Under the pieces are notes generated by a model. The model had not been told where the DNA came from. It made no database searches and saw nothing but the letters and a program-made list of their open reading frames with translations. Both the position numbers and the translations under genes were made by a program. Shown here piece after piece: positions 17,033 to 25,873 of a stretch of DNA of 64,000 nt; within the stretch, counting starts at the first letter, position 1, and every line of letters starts with the position of its first letter. The DNA lies in sequence record NC_061448.1, one strand, 5' to 3'.

Positions 17033-18099
17033 ACACAATTTCTGGTGCAATGATCGATGAAGACGTTCTGGACTGGCTCGACAACTTTAGCTCGCACGAC
17101 CAGCGTAAAATCGCTGACACAATCAACGCGATTGCCTATTCCCACCGCACCGAGCTGTCTATCCCTAACATGCTGCATGATGAAGACATTGCCGCATTGT
17201 CTCACGATGACCTGTTCAAGATCTTAACGCTGGCCGCACCTAACGAGCAGTATGATCTCACGCTGTCTAACGTTCAATTGCTTGGTCTTGCAATGAGCGC
17301 TATGGGTATCATCGAATACAATCTGCCTGCACTTAATAGCCCGATCATGATTCGTCGTGAGTTTGCTGATATGCGTCGCAAGAACATCATCGCAGGTTAC
17401 AGCACACGCGACAAGATCATTGCAGCACTGAATGAATGGATCTGCGGTCTGCGTGATATTGACCTGTCTCACTGTGGTACCGACGAAGCTCCTGAGCAAG
17501 CTGGCATGTATCTGTGTCTCGATGAACACAAACAAGTTCGTTACGGGCGTCTGTTCCCTAACAGCAGCGAGGGCTGGACGTTCTGTGAATCGTACGGTGA
17601 TGGCGGTGGTTCGACTAACTGGTATGATCGTAAAACAGAGCACACCAAAGAAGATGACCTGCCTATGACGTTGCTTACTAACTGGGTGCTGATTGCAGAG
17701 TGGTACAGCCCGAACGTTATGGCAGCGCAGAAAGCAATTCCGTTAGGTGCTGTGAGTGATACGCATCGCATCTTTATGTTCCTGCGTAGTCTTAGCCCGC
17801 ATGTGAAAGCAGAGCTGGTGGCACACTTTGGCGGTACGCTTGACTACAAGAACCCTACGTCTGTAGATGCTCTTGGCCGTCTGACTGACCACGACTGGAC
17901 AATGGCAGCAATAGCGCTTGCTGACGATAAGAAGCTGACCGAAGAAACTCCTACGTGGCAGAAAGCAAGCACGTGGGTTTGTTTCGTTGCTGTGCTTGAG
18001 TCGCTGGGATTCAACTTCCAGACGCGTCAGTTCGATCCGCAGTTCGACTATCAAGCGAACGACGACACTATGGACGATGACGAAGAAGAACACGAATGA
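17029..18099 (+). CDS. Hypothetical multidomain protein (356 aa), acidic tail
   Basis: ATGA coupling; PEQAGMYLC...NWVLI segment resembles small phage DUF551-like modules. Confidence 0.8.
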   Translation: MNTISGAMIDEDVLDWLDNFSSHDQRKIADTINAIAYSHRTELSIPNMLHDEDIAALSHDDLFKILTLAAPNEQYDLTLSNVQLLGLAMSAMGIIEYNLPALNSPIMIRREFADMRRKNIIAGYSTRDKIIAALNEWICGLRDIDLSHCGTDEAPEQAGMYLCLDEHKQVRYGRLFPNSSEGWTFCESYGDGGGSTNWYDRKTEHTKEDDLPMTLLTNWVLIAEWYSPNVMAAQKAIPLGAVSDTHRIFMFLRSLSPHVKAELVAHFGGTLDYKNPTSVDALGRLTDHDWTMAAIALADDKKLTEETPTWQKASTWVCFVAVLESLGFNFQTRQFDPQFDYQANDDTMDDDEEEHE

Positions 18100-18302
18100 A
18101 TAGAAAAATGATCGCTTGGCTTTCGCTGGTGGTCTTCTGCGTGGTGGGAGTCGTTACTTCCACCGTAGCATTGAATGACTATAACCTGCTATTGAGCTTG
18201 ATACTAACAGTCGTGTTTGGTGCCGGGCTTATCATCTGTATGCGTTGTCTTGAAAGAGCAACGTGGGACTACTGCGTTAAGAAGGGGAAGAAGAATGGCT
18301 AA
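18096..18302 (+). CDS. Small two-TM membrane protein
   Basis: Two hydrophobic stretches, basic C-terminus. Confidence 0.7.
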   Translation: MNRKMIAWLSLVVFCVVGVVTSTVALNDYNLLLSLILTVVFGAGLIICMRCLERATWDYCVKKGKKNG

Positions 18303-18828
18303 GTCACTTGGCGTTTATCTGACGTATGTTCTGCGTCACAAGCCGCAAGACATTGGCATCGCTATGGACACTCAGGGCTGGGTATCTGTGCATGACCTGC
18401 TTGAGAAAGCACGATACAACAAACCGGTCACGATGCAAATGCTGATCGAAGAAGTAGCGAACGACGACAAGGGGCGCTTCGAGTTCAACGCAAGCAAGAC
18501 CCGCATTCGCTGTGTTCAAGGACATTCGTGTGAGCACGTCATTCTCAATCTCGAACCGTGGACAGACTGGAGTCCGTTGTATCACGGTACCGCTGAGAAG
18601 AACATCGCATCGATCATGCAAGACGGCATCCTGAAACGCAAACGCAAGCACGTCCATATCAGCAACGATATTGAAACTGCGAAGCGTGTGGGTCAACGTC
18701 ATGGTGTGCCTGTTGTGTTTCAGATTGATACGCTGTCCATGATTACTCATGGTTATAAATTTTACCGCGCAGAGAATGGCGTCATTCTTACCGAGTATGT
18801 ACCGTCGCGCTATATTCGACTGGTGTGA
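18295..18828 (+). CDS. kptA: RNA 2'-phosphotransferase KptA/Tpt1
   Basis: LTYVLRH, GWV, DDKGRFE, IRCVQGHS, LYHGT, RKHVHIS, GQRHG, NGVILT. Confidence 0.92.
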   Translation: MAKSLGVYLTYVLRHKPQDIGIAMDTQGWVSVHDLLEKARYNKPVTMQMLIEEVANDDKGRFEFNASKTRIRCVQGHSCEHVILNLEPWTDWSPLYHGTAEKNIASIMQDGILKRKRKHVHISNDIETAKRVGQRHGVPVVFQIDTLSMITHGYKFYRAENGVILTEYVPSRYIRLV

Positions 18829-18830
18829 TT

Positions 18831-19232
18831 ATGCAAAAGACGTACATGAGTCATTGGGGATCGCGGTATGTGCGCACTATATCAGGCCGCTGGTATTCAG
18901 TTCATGGACGCGAAGGAACGTGGGTAACGAATCGCTATGGCACAACATTCTACCGCAGCGGTTCAGAAGTGTGGCGCGACATTAACAAGGGATGGGAAGT
19001 TGCGCTTGAGCATGAACTTCATCGACGTACCGAAATCGAACACAAAGAAGTGGACGATAAGTATAAGCACTGGGGCAAGATAGTTAAGGCTATCGCAGTG
19101 CAGTCAGTTGACCAGAACAATGAGCACACAGCACAATTAGCTGAGATGCTCGAAGCGCTAAGACAGCGCTTTTATGGTCAGCAACTACAGCAACTAAGCA
19201 TAACATTGGACGAAACAGCCGTTACAAGCTGA
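18831..19232 (+). CDS. Hypothetical protein
   Basis: ORF directly after kptA. Confidence 0.7.
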   Translation: MQKTYMSHWGSRYVRTISGRWYSVHGREGTWVTNRYGTTFYRSGSEVWRDINKGWEVALEHELHRRTEIEHKEVDDKYKHWGKIVKAIAVQSVDQNNEHTAQLAEMLEALRQRFYGQQLQQLSITLDETAVTS

Positions 19233-19250
19233 GTCGATTTATGCTATAAT
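19206..19250 (+). promoter_or_regulatory. Conserved phage promoter, degenerate copy
   Basis: TTGGACGAAAC; 32 nt; TG-C-TATAAT. Confidence 0.7.
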
Positions 19251-19299
19251 AGAGATGAACGCTAGACACTCGTTTAGCTACTTACATGAGGATATGTAC

Positions 19300-19620
19300 A
19301 TGAAAAAGACAAAAGTTGAACCTACCATTGAAGGCCGTATCTTTACTTTGTTTGGTGTTGGTCCTGTTCCGGACGAATCAACAATACCATTCGCAGACCG
19401 TGATACATTTCTTCCGATGCTGCGTAAAGTTCAGGAAAGTGCTCAACTGGAACGCATTCGTGGTTTGTCCTGTTGTCCGTATTGCCGAGAGACAATGATG
19501 CTCGGTGAATACACCAAAGACAACTGGCTGTGGTCCTATTCATATCAGCATATGATTGAACACCACAACGTAACGCCGTCCGCAGAATTTATTGCTTACG
19601 TCGAAACCGCTTCCAAGTAA
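19300..19620 (+). CDS. Small putative Zn-binding protein
   Basis: RGLSCCPYC...WLWSYSYQHMIEHHNV. Confidence 0.75.
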   Translation: MKKTKVEPTIEGRIFTLFGVGPVPDESTIPFADRDTFLPMLRKVQESAQLERIRGLSCCPYCRETMMLGEYTKDNWLWSYSYQHMIEHHNVTPSAEFIAYVETASK

Positions 19621-19646
19621 CCTGAACTTCGCCTGAGGATATGTAC

Positions 19647-21050
19647 ATGAAAAAGATTAAACACACTTTCCGACTGACCGACCTTGTTCGTATTGCCGAT
19701 GTTCTGCCTGTCACTATGAAACACTTTAGTGGTGCTGGCGAAGAAGCAATTGTTGTTGAACGTAATGATACCTCTGATGAATATGGGTTGCACATCAAAC
19801 ATCATGGTTACGTTTCGTGGTACCCTGCTGAAAGCCTGACGCTTATCAAACACAACCAGAGCGAATTGCTTGACAAGTGGGAAGCTGGTAAGTACGGCAA
19901 GAAGAAAAAGAAAGAGCGCAAGATCCCCGATGAACTGCGCAACTTCACCGCTATCTTGCCTGTGACTTGCAACGCTGATTGCTCTTTCTGTCCTGAGAAA
20001 GAGATGGAGAACAAGGCGCCGCAGAAAGAGTGGCAAGACAAACTGATTGCTGCGATTAAGACACACGGCCATCGTGTCGATCACGTATCAATCTCCGGCG
20101 GTGAACCTACGCTGCGTATGAAGTACCTGTTCGAAACGATCGACCAGATTAAGACAAAAGCGCATATGCGCAAAGTGGGTCTGACTTCGAACGGTCAGTT
20201 CCTTGAGAAGCCGAATCAGTTGCTGACGTTTCTCGATCTGAACACGGACGAGATGTTGGAAAGCAAACTGTCGCATCTGAATATCAGTATGCACTCGTTT
20301 GACCGCGAGAAAGCAAACAAGATCATGGGCGTCAACTATACGTGGACTCTCGAAGACCTTGCTCGCTTCCGTCGTCAGTTAGGCCGCAAACTGAGTTTCC
20401 ACATCAACTTCGTTATCAACGAACAGAACATTGATAACATCGAGTGGGAGTTCCGTCAGGCCAACGAGTTCATGAAAGAGAACCAGTGGATTGACGTTGT
20501 ATTCCGTGTTGACTACGACAACAAGAAACTGAACAAAGAACTGCGTAAGTATGGTCTGGCTGTACAGGCTGCGCGTGAAGCAAAACGTCCACGCGATAAG
20601 AGCATCAAGTACACGCCTCCGAAAGTTAAAGAGCCTAAGCTGATCAAGCTGTTTAACTCTATCTTCGACGGTAGCTTCTACGACGAACTGACCGAAGAGA
20701 CTATGCCTGGCTTTGGTGATACGTTCACAACCGCGTGTCCGTCGTGCTTCACTCACCGCAGCACTGACTTAGGTAACAGCTTCGCATATCTGAAAGCGTC
20801 TTCATACGAACCGAACGAAGACGAAGAAGAATACACTGAGATGGTATTCCACATGGACGGTGGTCTGTACTTCGATTGGTCGCGCAAAGAGCCTGTGCCA
20901 GAAGTGAAAGCGAAGAAAGCTAAACCTCTGCCTCGTTTGAAGAAAGCGAAGAAGGCTGAACCGAAAGGTTATCCTGATAGCTGCAACTATTCTTCTCCGT
21001 GCAGTTACTCGCGTGGCTCGTCTTGCAGTTTTGGCAGCGGTATGTGCTAA
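19647..21050 (+). CDS. Radical SAM protein with N-terminal SH3-like domain and Cys/Ser-rich C-tail
   Basis: CNADCSFC, SISGGEPT, LTSNG, LNISMHS; CPSC; tail SCNYSSPCSYSRGSSCSFGSGMC. Confidence 0.88.
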   Translation: MKKIKHTFRLTDLVRIADVLPVTMKHFSGAGEEAIVVERNDTSDEYGLHIKHHGYVSWYPAESLTLIKHNQSELLDKWEAGKYGKKKKKERKIPDELRNFTAILPVTCNADCSFCPEKEMENKAPQKEWQDKLIAAIKTHGHRVDHVSISGGEPTLRMKYLFETIDQIKTKAHMRKVGLTSNGQFLEKPNQLLTFLDLNTDEMLESKLSHLNISMHSFDREKANKIMGVNYTWTLEDLARFRRQLGRKLSFHINFVINEQNIDNIEWEFRQANEFMKENQWIDVVFRVDYDNKKLNKELRKYGLAVQAAREAKRPRDKSIKYTPPKVKEPKLIKLFNSIFDGSFYDELTEETMPGFGDTFTTACPSCFTHRSTDLGNSFAYLKASSYEPNEDEEEYTEMVFHMDGGLYFDWSRKEPVPEVKAKKAKPLPRLKKAKKAEPKGYPDSCNYSSPCSYSRGSSCSFGSGMC

Positions 21051-21062
21051 GGAAAAACTAAA

Positions 21063-21425
21063 ATGAATGAACGTCGTAACTTTTACTATCACAGCCCGTT
21101 CTACTACGGACTTATCGTGTGGCGCAGACGTCTTGCTATAGTGAGTGCAATGCTGATTGCTATCCTGATCATTCACGGTCGTTCAGCACCTGCTGTCGAA
21201 GACATGTGGTTTTGGACAGGCATCATCTTCGGTATCGTTGGAGGTGTGTGCTACATTCGCATGTGGTGCTACGAGAACTATCTGCTTGCTGCAATGGGTC
21301 CGCTTGATAGCAGCACGGTTATCGGTTCGTTGAACTTCGATAAGATCGAACGCAAACACGCAGTCTGGTACGAGAAGAAGTTTGGTTGCAAGCCACCTAA
21401 AACTAACACATGGAGTATCGACTAA
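21063..21425 (+). CDS. Two-TM membrane protein
   Basis: Two hydrophobic segments; SD AAGGA. Confidence 0.75.
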   Translation: MNERRNFYYHSPFYYGLIVWRRRLAIVSAMLIAILIIHGRSAPAVEDMWFWTGIIFGIVGGVCYIRMWCYENYLLAAMGPLDSSTVIGSLNFDKIERKHAVWYEKKFGCKPPKTNTWSID

Positions 21426-21892
21426 TGCCTCGCATGTTCACTGATACACACCGCAAGAAATACTATCGTCGCAAAGATGACCCGCAGTATCACGGTGACC
21501 TGTGCGAGTCATTGCACATCGAAGGTATGGAAACGCTGAAAGATCTGAAATACTTTCAGACTGCTATCGGCGCAATGCGTAGACGCGACAATATGAAAGT
21601 CGATACGTCGCGTAAATTCCAAGAGTGGGAACGTCTTGGTATGCTGATACGAGGTAATCCCGATATTCGGGAGTTGCAGAAACATGTTCACGCTTGTGCG
21701 TCCAGACTGAAAGCACTTCGCATTGCTTATACCGAAGCGCACTCTAAACGACACAATCAACCGCTGCGTTTTGAAGTGAAAGACGCAGACAACAATCGTG
21801 TTGATTTGTTCGTGACCTACGATGCAGCGAAATACTGCAAACTGTATTCTGGACTAGGTGCAACTATCGAACGTTACGAAGGAGATAAGTGA
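21425..21892 (+). CDS. Hypothetical basic protein
   Basis: TAATG coupling. Confidence 0.75.
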   Translation: MPRMFTDTHRKKYYRRKDDPQYHGDLCESLHIEGMETLKDLKYFQTAIGAMRRRDNMKVDTSRKFQEWERLGMLIRGNPDIRELQKHVHACASRLKALRIAYTEAHSKRHNQPLRFEVKDADNNRVDLFVTYDAAKYCKLYSGLGATIERYEGDK

Positions 21893-22380
21893 TGGCCAAG
21901 CATCATACGTTTCGTCTGAATGATATGTGCGCCGTTCAAGGCAAGCGCAATGTATTCGGTCCGCAACAAGGCGAGCATGTTATTGTTGTGGGACGTCACC
22001 CTGATCTGAATGAGTACACCGTGTATTACAAAGACGGTCTGTACGGTTGGTTCAAAGCAGAAGACCTGACGCTTGTACAACACGATGCCCATGCACAACT
22101 TGAAGTGTGGGAAGACGCGTACAATGAACGTTGCAAACAAGATGATGACACTGTGAATGATTCGCCTAAGTGTAAATCATGCGATGAACCTCTTGGCGAA
22201 GATCGTATTGAGCAGGGCCTGTGTATAAACTGCGACTTCGATGAAGATGCACTAGATGAACTGAGCAAGAAGCTCGACCGAATCGAAGCTGGGCATTGTT
22301 CTGAGTGTGACAAGAAATTGGATAGCGACGAAGGTGATGACGAGTCAATGTGTCTGTCTTGTCGCTGCAACGAAATTTGA
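21889..22380 (+). CDS. SH3-like domain plus two CxxC...CxxC zinc ribbons
   Basis: N-terminus aligns with the radical SAM N-domain; CKSC/CINC/CSEC/CLSC. Confidence 0.8.
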   Translation: MMAKHHTFRLNDMCAVQGKRNVFGPQQGEHVIVVGRHPDLNEYTVYYKDGLYGWFKAEDLTLVQHDAHAQLEVWEDAYNERCKQDDDTVNDSPKCKSCDEPLGEDRIEQGLCINCDFDEDALDELSKKLDRIEAGHCSECDKKLDSDEGDDESMCLSCRCNEI

Positions 22381-22393
22381 GGATAGAAATAAA

Positions 22394-22657
22394 ATGGCTG
22401 TTGGTTTTGTAAAAGACGATGGCGTAAACGATACCATCGAAACAAACGTGATGAACGAGATTGACCGCGCTCGTTCAGAACTTCTAGGCGTGGGTTCAGA
22501 TTACTGCGTCAACCCTGATTGCGGTGCAAAGATTCCTGTGATGCGCAAACTCGCTATGCCGAATGCGCGTTACTGCATTACCTGTCAGGCAGCGCATGAC
22601 GGCACTGCTAATGTCGGCTATAATCGCCGTGGCTCAAAAGATTCTCAGTTGAGGTAG
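22394..22657 (+). CDS. ybiI: YbiI-like DksA/TraR C4 zinc-finger protein
   Basis: EIDRAR...C..CGAKIP..R...P.AR.CI.CQ and C-terminal GYNRRGSKDSQLR as in enterobacterial YbiI. Confidence 0.88.
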   Translation: MAVGFVKDDGVNDTIETNVMNEIDRARSELLGVGSDYCVNPDCGAKIPVMRKLAMPNARYCITCQAAHDGTANVGYNRRGSKDSQLR

Positions 22658-22659
22658 TT

Positions 22660-23091
22660 ATGGAAGCTAAAGTAACGCAGTCTGGTATCGAGTGGCATGT
22701 TACAGTAACGCAGAACGATCAGCCAAGCAACACGTTCAAGGCTGTGTATCATTCCGAAGAAGAATATCAAAAGTGGATGGACCTGCACAAGAACGACTAC
22801 ACGGTAGAAGTCGATATTGTTCAGACGTTGACTGTTGCTGTGAAGAAAGGCACTTACCCTGATGTGCAGTCTGTCGTTGACCCCAACGTGACGTACTCAC
22901 TTGAAGCGTTTATCACTACCGCTAACGACTGGGTGATTGTTCGTAGTGGCATCACAACTCCAGAAGCGGTCACCGAACTTGTTGATCGCCTAAACATTAC
23001 CCCGGAAAGCAAACACGCTTTCGCTACTAAGTTCCGTGTAGTGCGTGTCGTTCGCAGTGAAGTAGAAGAACTGTGGGGAGAGATGTGGTGA
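22660..23091 (+). CDS. Hypothetical protein (143 aa)
   Basis: SD GAGG. Confidence 0.8.
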   Translation: MEAKVTQSGIEWHVTVTQNDQPSNTFKAVYHSEEEYQKWMDLHKNDYTVEVDIVQTLTVAVKKGTYPDVQSVVDPNVTYSLEAFITTANDWVIVRSGITTPEAVTELVDRLNITPESKHAFATKFRVVRVVRSEVEELWGEMW

Positions 23092-23222
23092 GTGACAAAG
23101 AACCGTATTCGCGTTGCACTGATTGTCGTACGCCTCTAGCAGAAGGCGAAGTGTACGGCGAGTGGGATGACCTATGTGAAAACTGCTGCGCTGATCGTGA
23201 AGACGAAGGGGAGCCAACATAA
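23088..23222 (+). CDS. 44-aa zinc-ribbon microprotein (not in ORF track)
   Basis: GTG start overlapping the upstream TGA, SD GGGGAG, CTDC...CENC, stop overlaps next ATG. Confidence 0.75.
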   Translation: MSDKEPYSRCTDCRTPLAEGEVYGEWDDLCENCCADREDEGEPT

Positions 23223-23539
23223 TGCTGCGTAAACTTTGGATCGCTATGGGGTTTCAGTTCCCTACTGTTGCTGACGCTATGCGTAAGCGCCAAGCATGTA
23301 CGCGTATTGGCTATACAAGCTACTGCGTTATGAATCGCGCGGGTTTCGCAGAGGCATTCACGCATCACCTGCATGAATATCGTAACGCATCTGACTCTTT
23401 GGCTGTGCTCAATAAAAACAAGCATGAGGATGTAGCGGCTAAATCACAGCGTATGGATTATCCGTGTGTTGTCGTCTTTAGTGAAGATGACTTCTCCGCG
23501 ATTGCAATTGATGCACCTACTATGGAGCGCCATGTATGA
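23222..23539 (+). CDS. Hypothetical protein (105 aa)
   Basis: TAATG coupling. Confidence 0.7.
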   Translation: MLRKLWIAMGFQFPTVADAMRKRQACTRIGYTSYCVMNRAGFAEAFTHHLHEYRNASDSLAVLNKNKHEDVAAKSQRMDYPCVVVFSEDDFSAIAIDAPTMERHV

Positions 23540-23889
23540 GACTGACAAAGTTGCCTCGTTACCTGTATCTGACGGGTAAGCAGGTGAAAAACTTCTTCAA
23601 GTTGCTCAAGGCGAATCGTGAACTTGCTGCTATGGAACACGAAGCAGAGGTACTCAAGGCACTACACGATCTCACCGAGCGCGATATGAAGAACGGCACT
23701 ATGATCTGCATAAAGGTGCTTTCGTTCTTTCATGAACTCAAAAAGCCGCGCGGTGTGCGACACAACCTGCCCTACTTGTGGCCGAAGCGAGATTTGATTC
23801 GTCTGCTTAACCAAAACGGTGTTGCAGTAGGTCCTGTGCCGAACTACTTTGTAGCGCTCCATCAACTCGTCGATAAGAGGTTTAAGTAA
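23536..23889 (+). CDS. Hypothetical protein (117 aa)
   Basis: ATGA coupling. Confidence 0.7.
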   Translation: MRLTKLPRYLYLTGKQVKNFFKLLKANRELAAMEHEAEVLKALHDLTERDMKNGTMICIKVLSFFHELKKPRGVRHNLPYLWPKRDLIRLLNQNGVAVGPVPNYFVALHQLVDKRFK

Positions 23890-24557
23890 TGGACAATATC
23901 ATCCAATTCCTCATGAACGATGACGAGATACATGATGCACTCGTTGCCTATCGTACTGACCCGACCGAAGAAAACAAACGTCGTGTGATCGAGACTATCT
24001 TGAACGAAAGAGAGTCTGTTATCATCGCGTCAAACAAACCTGCTGTGCCTGAAAAGCTGCCGCATCGTTTCGTTCTTGTGCCAACTACTGACACTATTAA
24101 AAGTCTCAGACCTGAGTTTCTAGGTAAGAGAAGTTTTCACTGGGTGCCTGGTCCTGACGACCAGCTTGCTGCTACTGCAAAGCAGGCTTCTGCTGTTCTA
24201 AGGCATATTCATGAACTCGGAGGCTCTGCTGTATACGTTCGTTTCTCTGGCGCAGAGTGGCAAGCTACATTCGACCGCGTAGGCTTCAATTATCCATTGC
24301 GTGAGATGAAAGTCGCTACTCTGGAAACAGAAAGCCTTGATGCTATAGCAGACATTATGGCGAAACTGATTCGCTTAGTCGGCAACATGGATGACATGGC
24401 ATATTCAATCCGATTGATTCGCCAGATGTATGCAGTCGCTGAGAACAGACACGACGACTCGGTCACCGATGCTCTTATCAAGATGATCGATACGTCACGC
24501 ACACAGAACATTCCGTCTATCTGTAAAGAACCAGAAGACGAGAACGAGGAAGAATAA
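23889..24557 (+). CDS. Hypothetical protein (222 aa)
   Basis: TAATG coupling. Confidence 0.8.
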   Translation: MDNIIQFLMNDDEIHDALVAYRTDPTEENKRRVIETILNERESVIIASNKPAVPEKLPHRFVLVPTTDTIKSLRPEFLGKRSFHWVPGPDDQLAATAKQASAVLRHIHELGGSAVYVRFSGAEWQATFDRVGFNYPLREMKVATLETESLDAIADIMAKLIRLVGNMDDMAYSIRLIRQMYAVAENRHDDSVTDALIKMIDTSRTQNIPSICKEPEDENEEE

Positions 24558-24929
24558 ATGATCAAGCAAATCCCTAGACAGTTTACCGAGAAAGATTCTA
24601 AGCTGACAATTGAAGACCACGCTGCTGTACTTGAACTGACAGACTACACTGTCGTGGTTCGTGGCAAATGGAAAATGATTCGTGGTACAAACAAGAGCGG
24701 TCGCTTCACTGTCGTTCTTGTCGGACCACATCCTGTCACTTCCAATCTGGTCGGCATTCAGATTCTCATGGCTGCCGGTTTCTCTGACGTAGACGCTATG
24801 CTTGCTCTCGGTGTAACACGCGGTGAGCATAAGACGTGGCTTAAACAACAACGCGCTCGCATTCGTGAATCTAAATCACAACCGCGCATGGGCAGCACAA
24901 CCGCACTCGACGATCTCAAGGGGAAGTAA
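24558..24929 (+). CDS. Hypothetical protein (123 aa)
   Basis: Abuts upstream stop. Confidence 0.75.
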   Translation: MIKQIPRQFTEKDSKLTIEDHAAVLELTDYTVVVRGKWKMIRGTNKSGRFTVVLVGPHPVTSNLVGIQILMAAGFSDVDAMLALGVTRGEHKTWLKQQRARIRESKSQPRMGSTTALDDLKGK

Positions 24930-24930
24930 G

Positions 24931-25695
24931 ATGAAACAGTTATTCGTAGGCAGTCACCCAAACACCGTTCGCTTCTCTGACCTTGACGGGCGTGATCGCG
25001 TCTGTGAGATTCGTGTCATGATCGCTAATGCGTATACTACTTTGCGCGATGCAATCGGTGAACAGGCAAAGAACGAATCGAATATCTTCCACGGTCCGTG
25101 GTTAGTGTTTCGCAATCTCATGAATGAACACCCGGCCGCGTGTCTCGAAGAATATCGTCATGCCTCAATCTACTTCGATGCAGACACAGAAGGTCAGATT
25201 ACTGAAATTGCTGACCTGATTGAGCAGCACATCGAGCTGACTCGCCAGTCGATCAACCTGAAAGGCATTCATCAACATCAGGCCGATATGATGATTGGTA
25301 TTGACGATACGACCAAGAATACGATGCGTGAAGTAACACTGCGTGTTGGTTTAGGCAAAACTCGTAACGGCAACCCACATCTGATTCTGGCTGACAGCGT
25401 TCGACACTACATCGACCTGGCTTCTGTCGTCGAATCGACGTTCGCATTCTGTGTACTGCTTACCAAGAAGCTAGACTCGGACGCACATGAGAACTACGGC
25501 GAGATGACTTACGACGAGATGGTCGATTGTGTACACGGTCTGATTCTCGGTTCTTCCAAAAGCATAAAGAACCTCCGTGAACTCATTATGGACAGCATCA
25601 ACGAACTGTCCATGCCGTACTCTCAATTCGTTTCTGGTCCTAAGTTCGACGACGAACAGGCGGCTGACAATGAAAACTTTGCATTGCGTGGCTAA
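24931..25695 (+). CDS. Hypothetical protein (254 aa)
   Basis: SD AAGGGG; ATG 24931. Confidence 0.8.
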   Translation: MKQLFVGSHPNTVRFSDLDGRDRVCEIRVMIANAYTTLRDAIGEQAKNESNIFHGPWLVFRNLMNEHPAACLEEYRHASIYFDADTEGQITEIADLIEQHIELTRQSINLKGIHQHQADMMIGIDDTTKNTMREVTLRVGLGKTRNGNPHLILADSVRHYIDLASVVESTFAFCVLLTKKLDSDAHENYGEMTYDEMVDCVHGLILGSSKSIKNLRELIMDSINELSMPYSQFVSGPKFDDEQAADNENFALRG

Positions 25696-25873
25696 ACGTT
25701 ATTGGCGCGAGGCGACGATACTGATTGTATTAGCTGTCATCGCTATCGCATTACCTTACTTCGAAGTACGCAACCCCAAGCTGACTATGTTGGTCGCTAT
25801 TATCGTGGCTGTGTACTTCTTCGCTACATGGGCATGTAAGCCCAGTTATGGACGAGACAATGAAAAAGAATGA
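25670..25873 (+). CDS. Small two-TM membrane protein
   Basis: Two hydrophobic helices. Confidence 0.65.
   Translation: MKTLHCVAKRYWREATILIVLAVIAIALPYFEVRNPKLTMLVAIIVAVYFFATWACKPSYGRDNEKE

Noticed and set aside
19284-19293. ACATGAGGAT identical to the start of the MS2 coat operator
   Set aside because: The rest of the MS2 hairpin is absent, and it is explained by an SD plus chance.
19647-21050. Radical SAM as QueE (7-deazaguanine DNA modification) or viperin
   Set aside because: Size, extra domains and motif context do not match either family, and no queC/queD/folE/dpdA neighbours are in the window.
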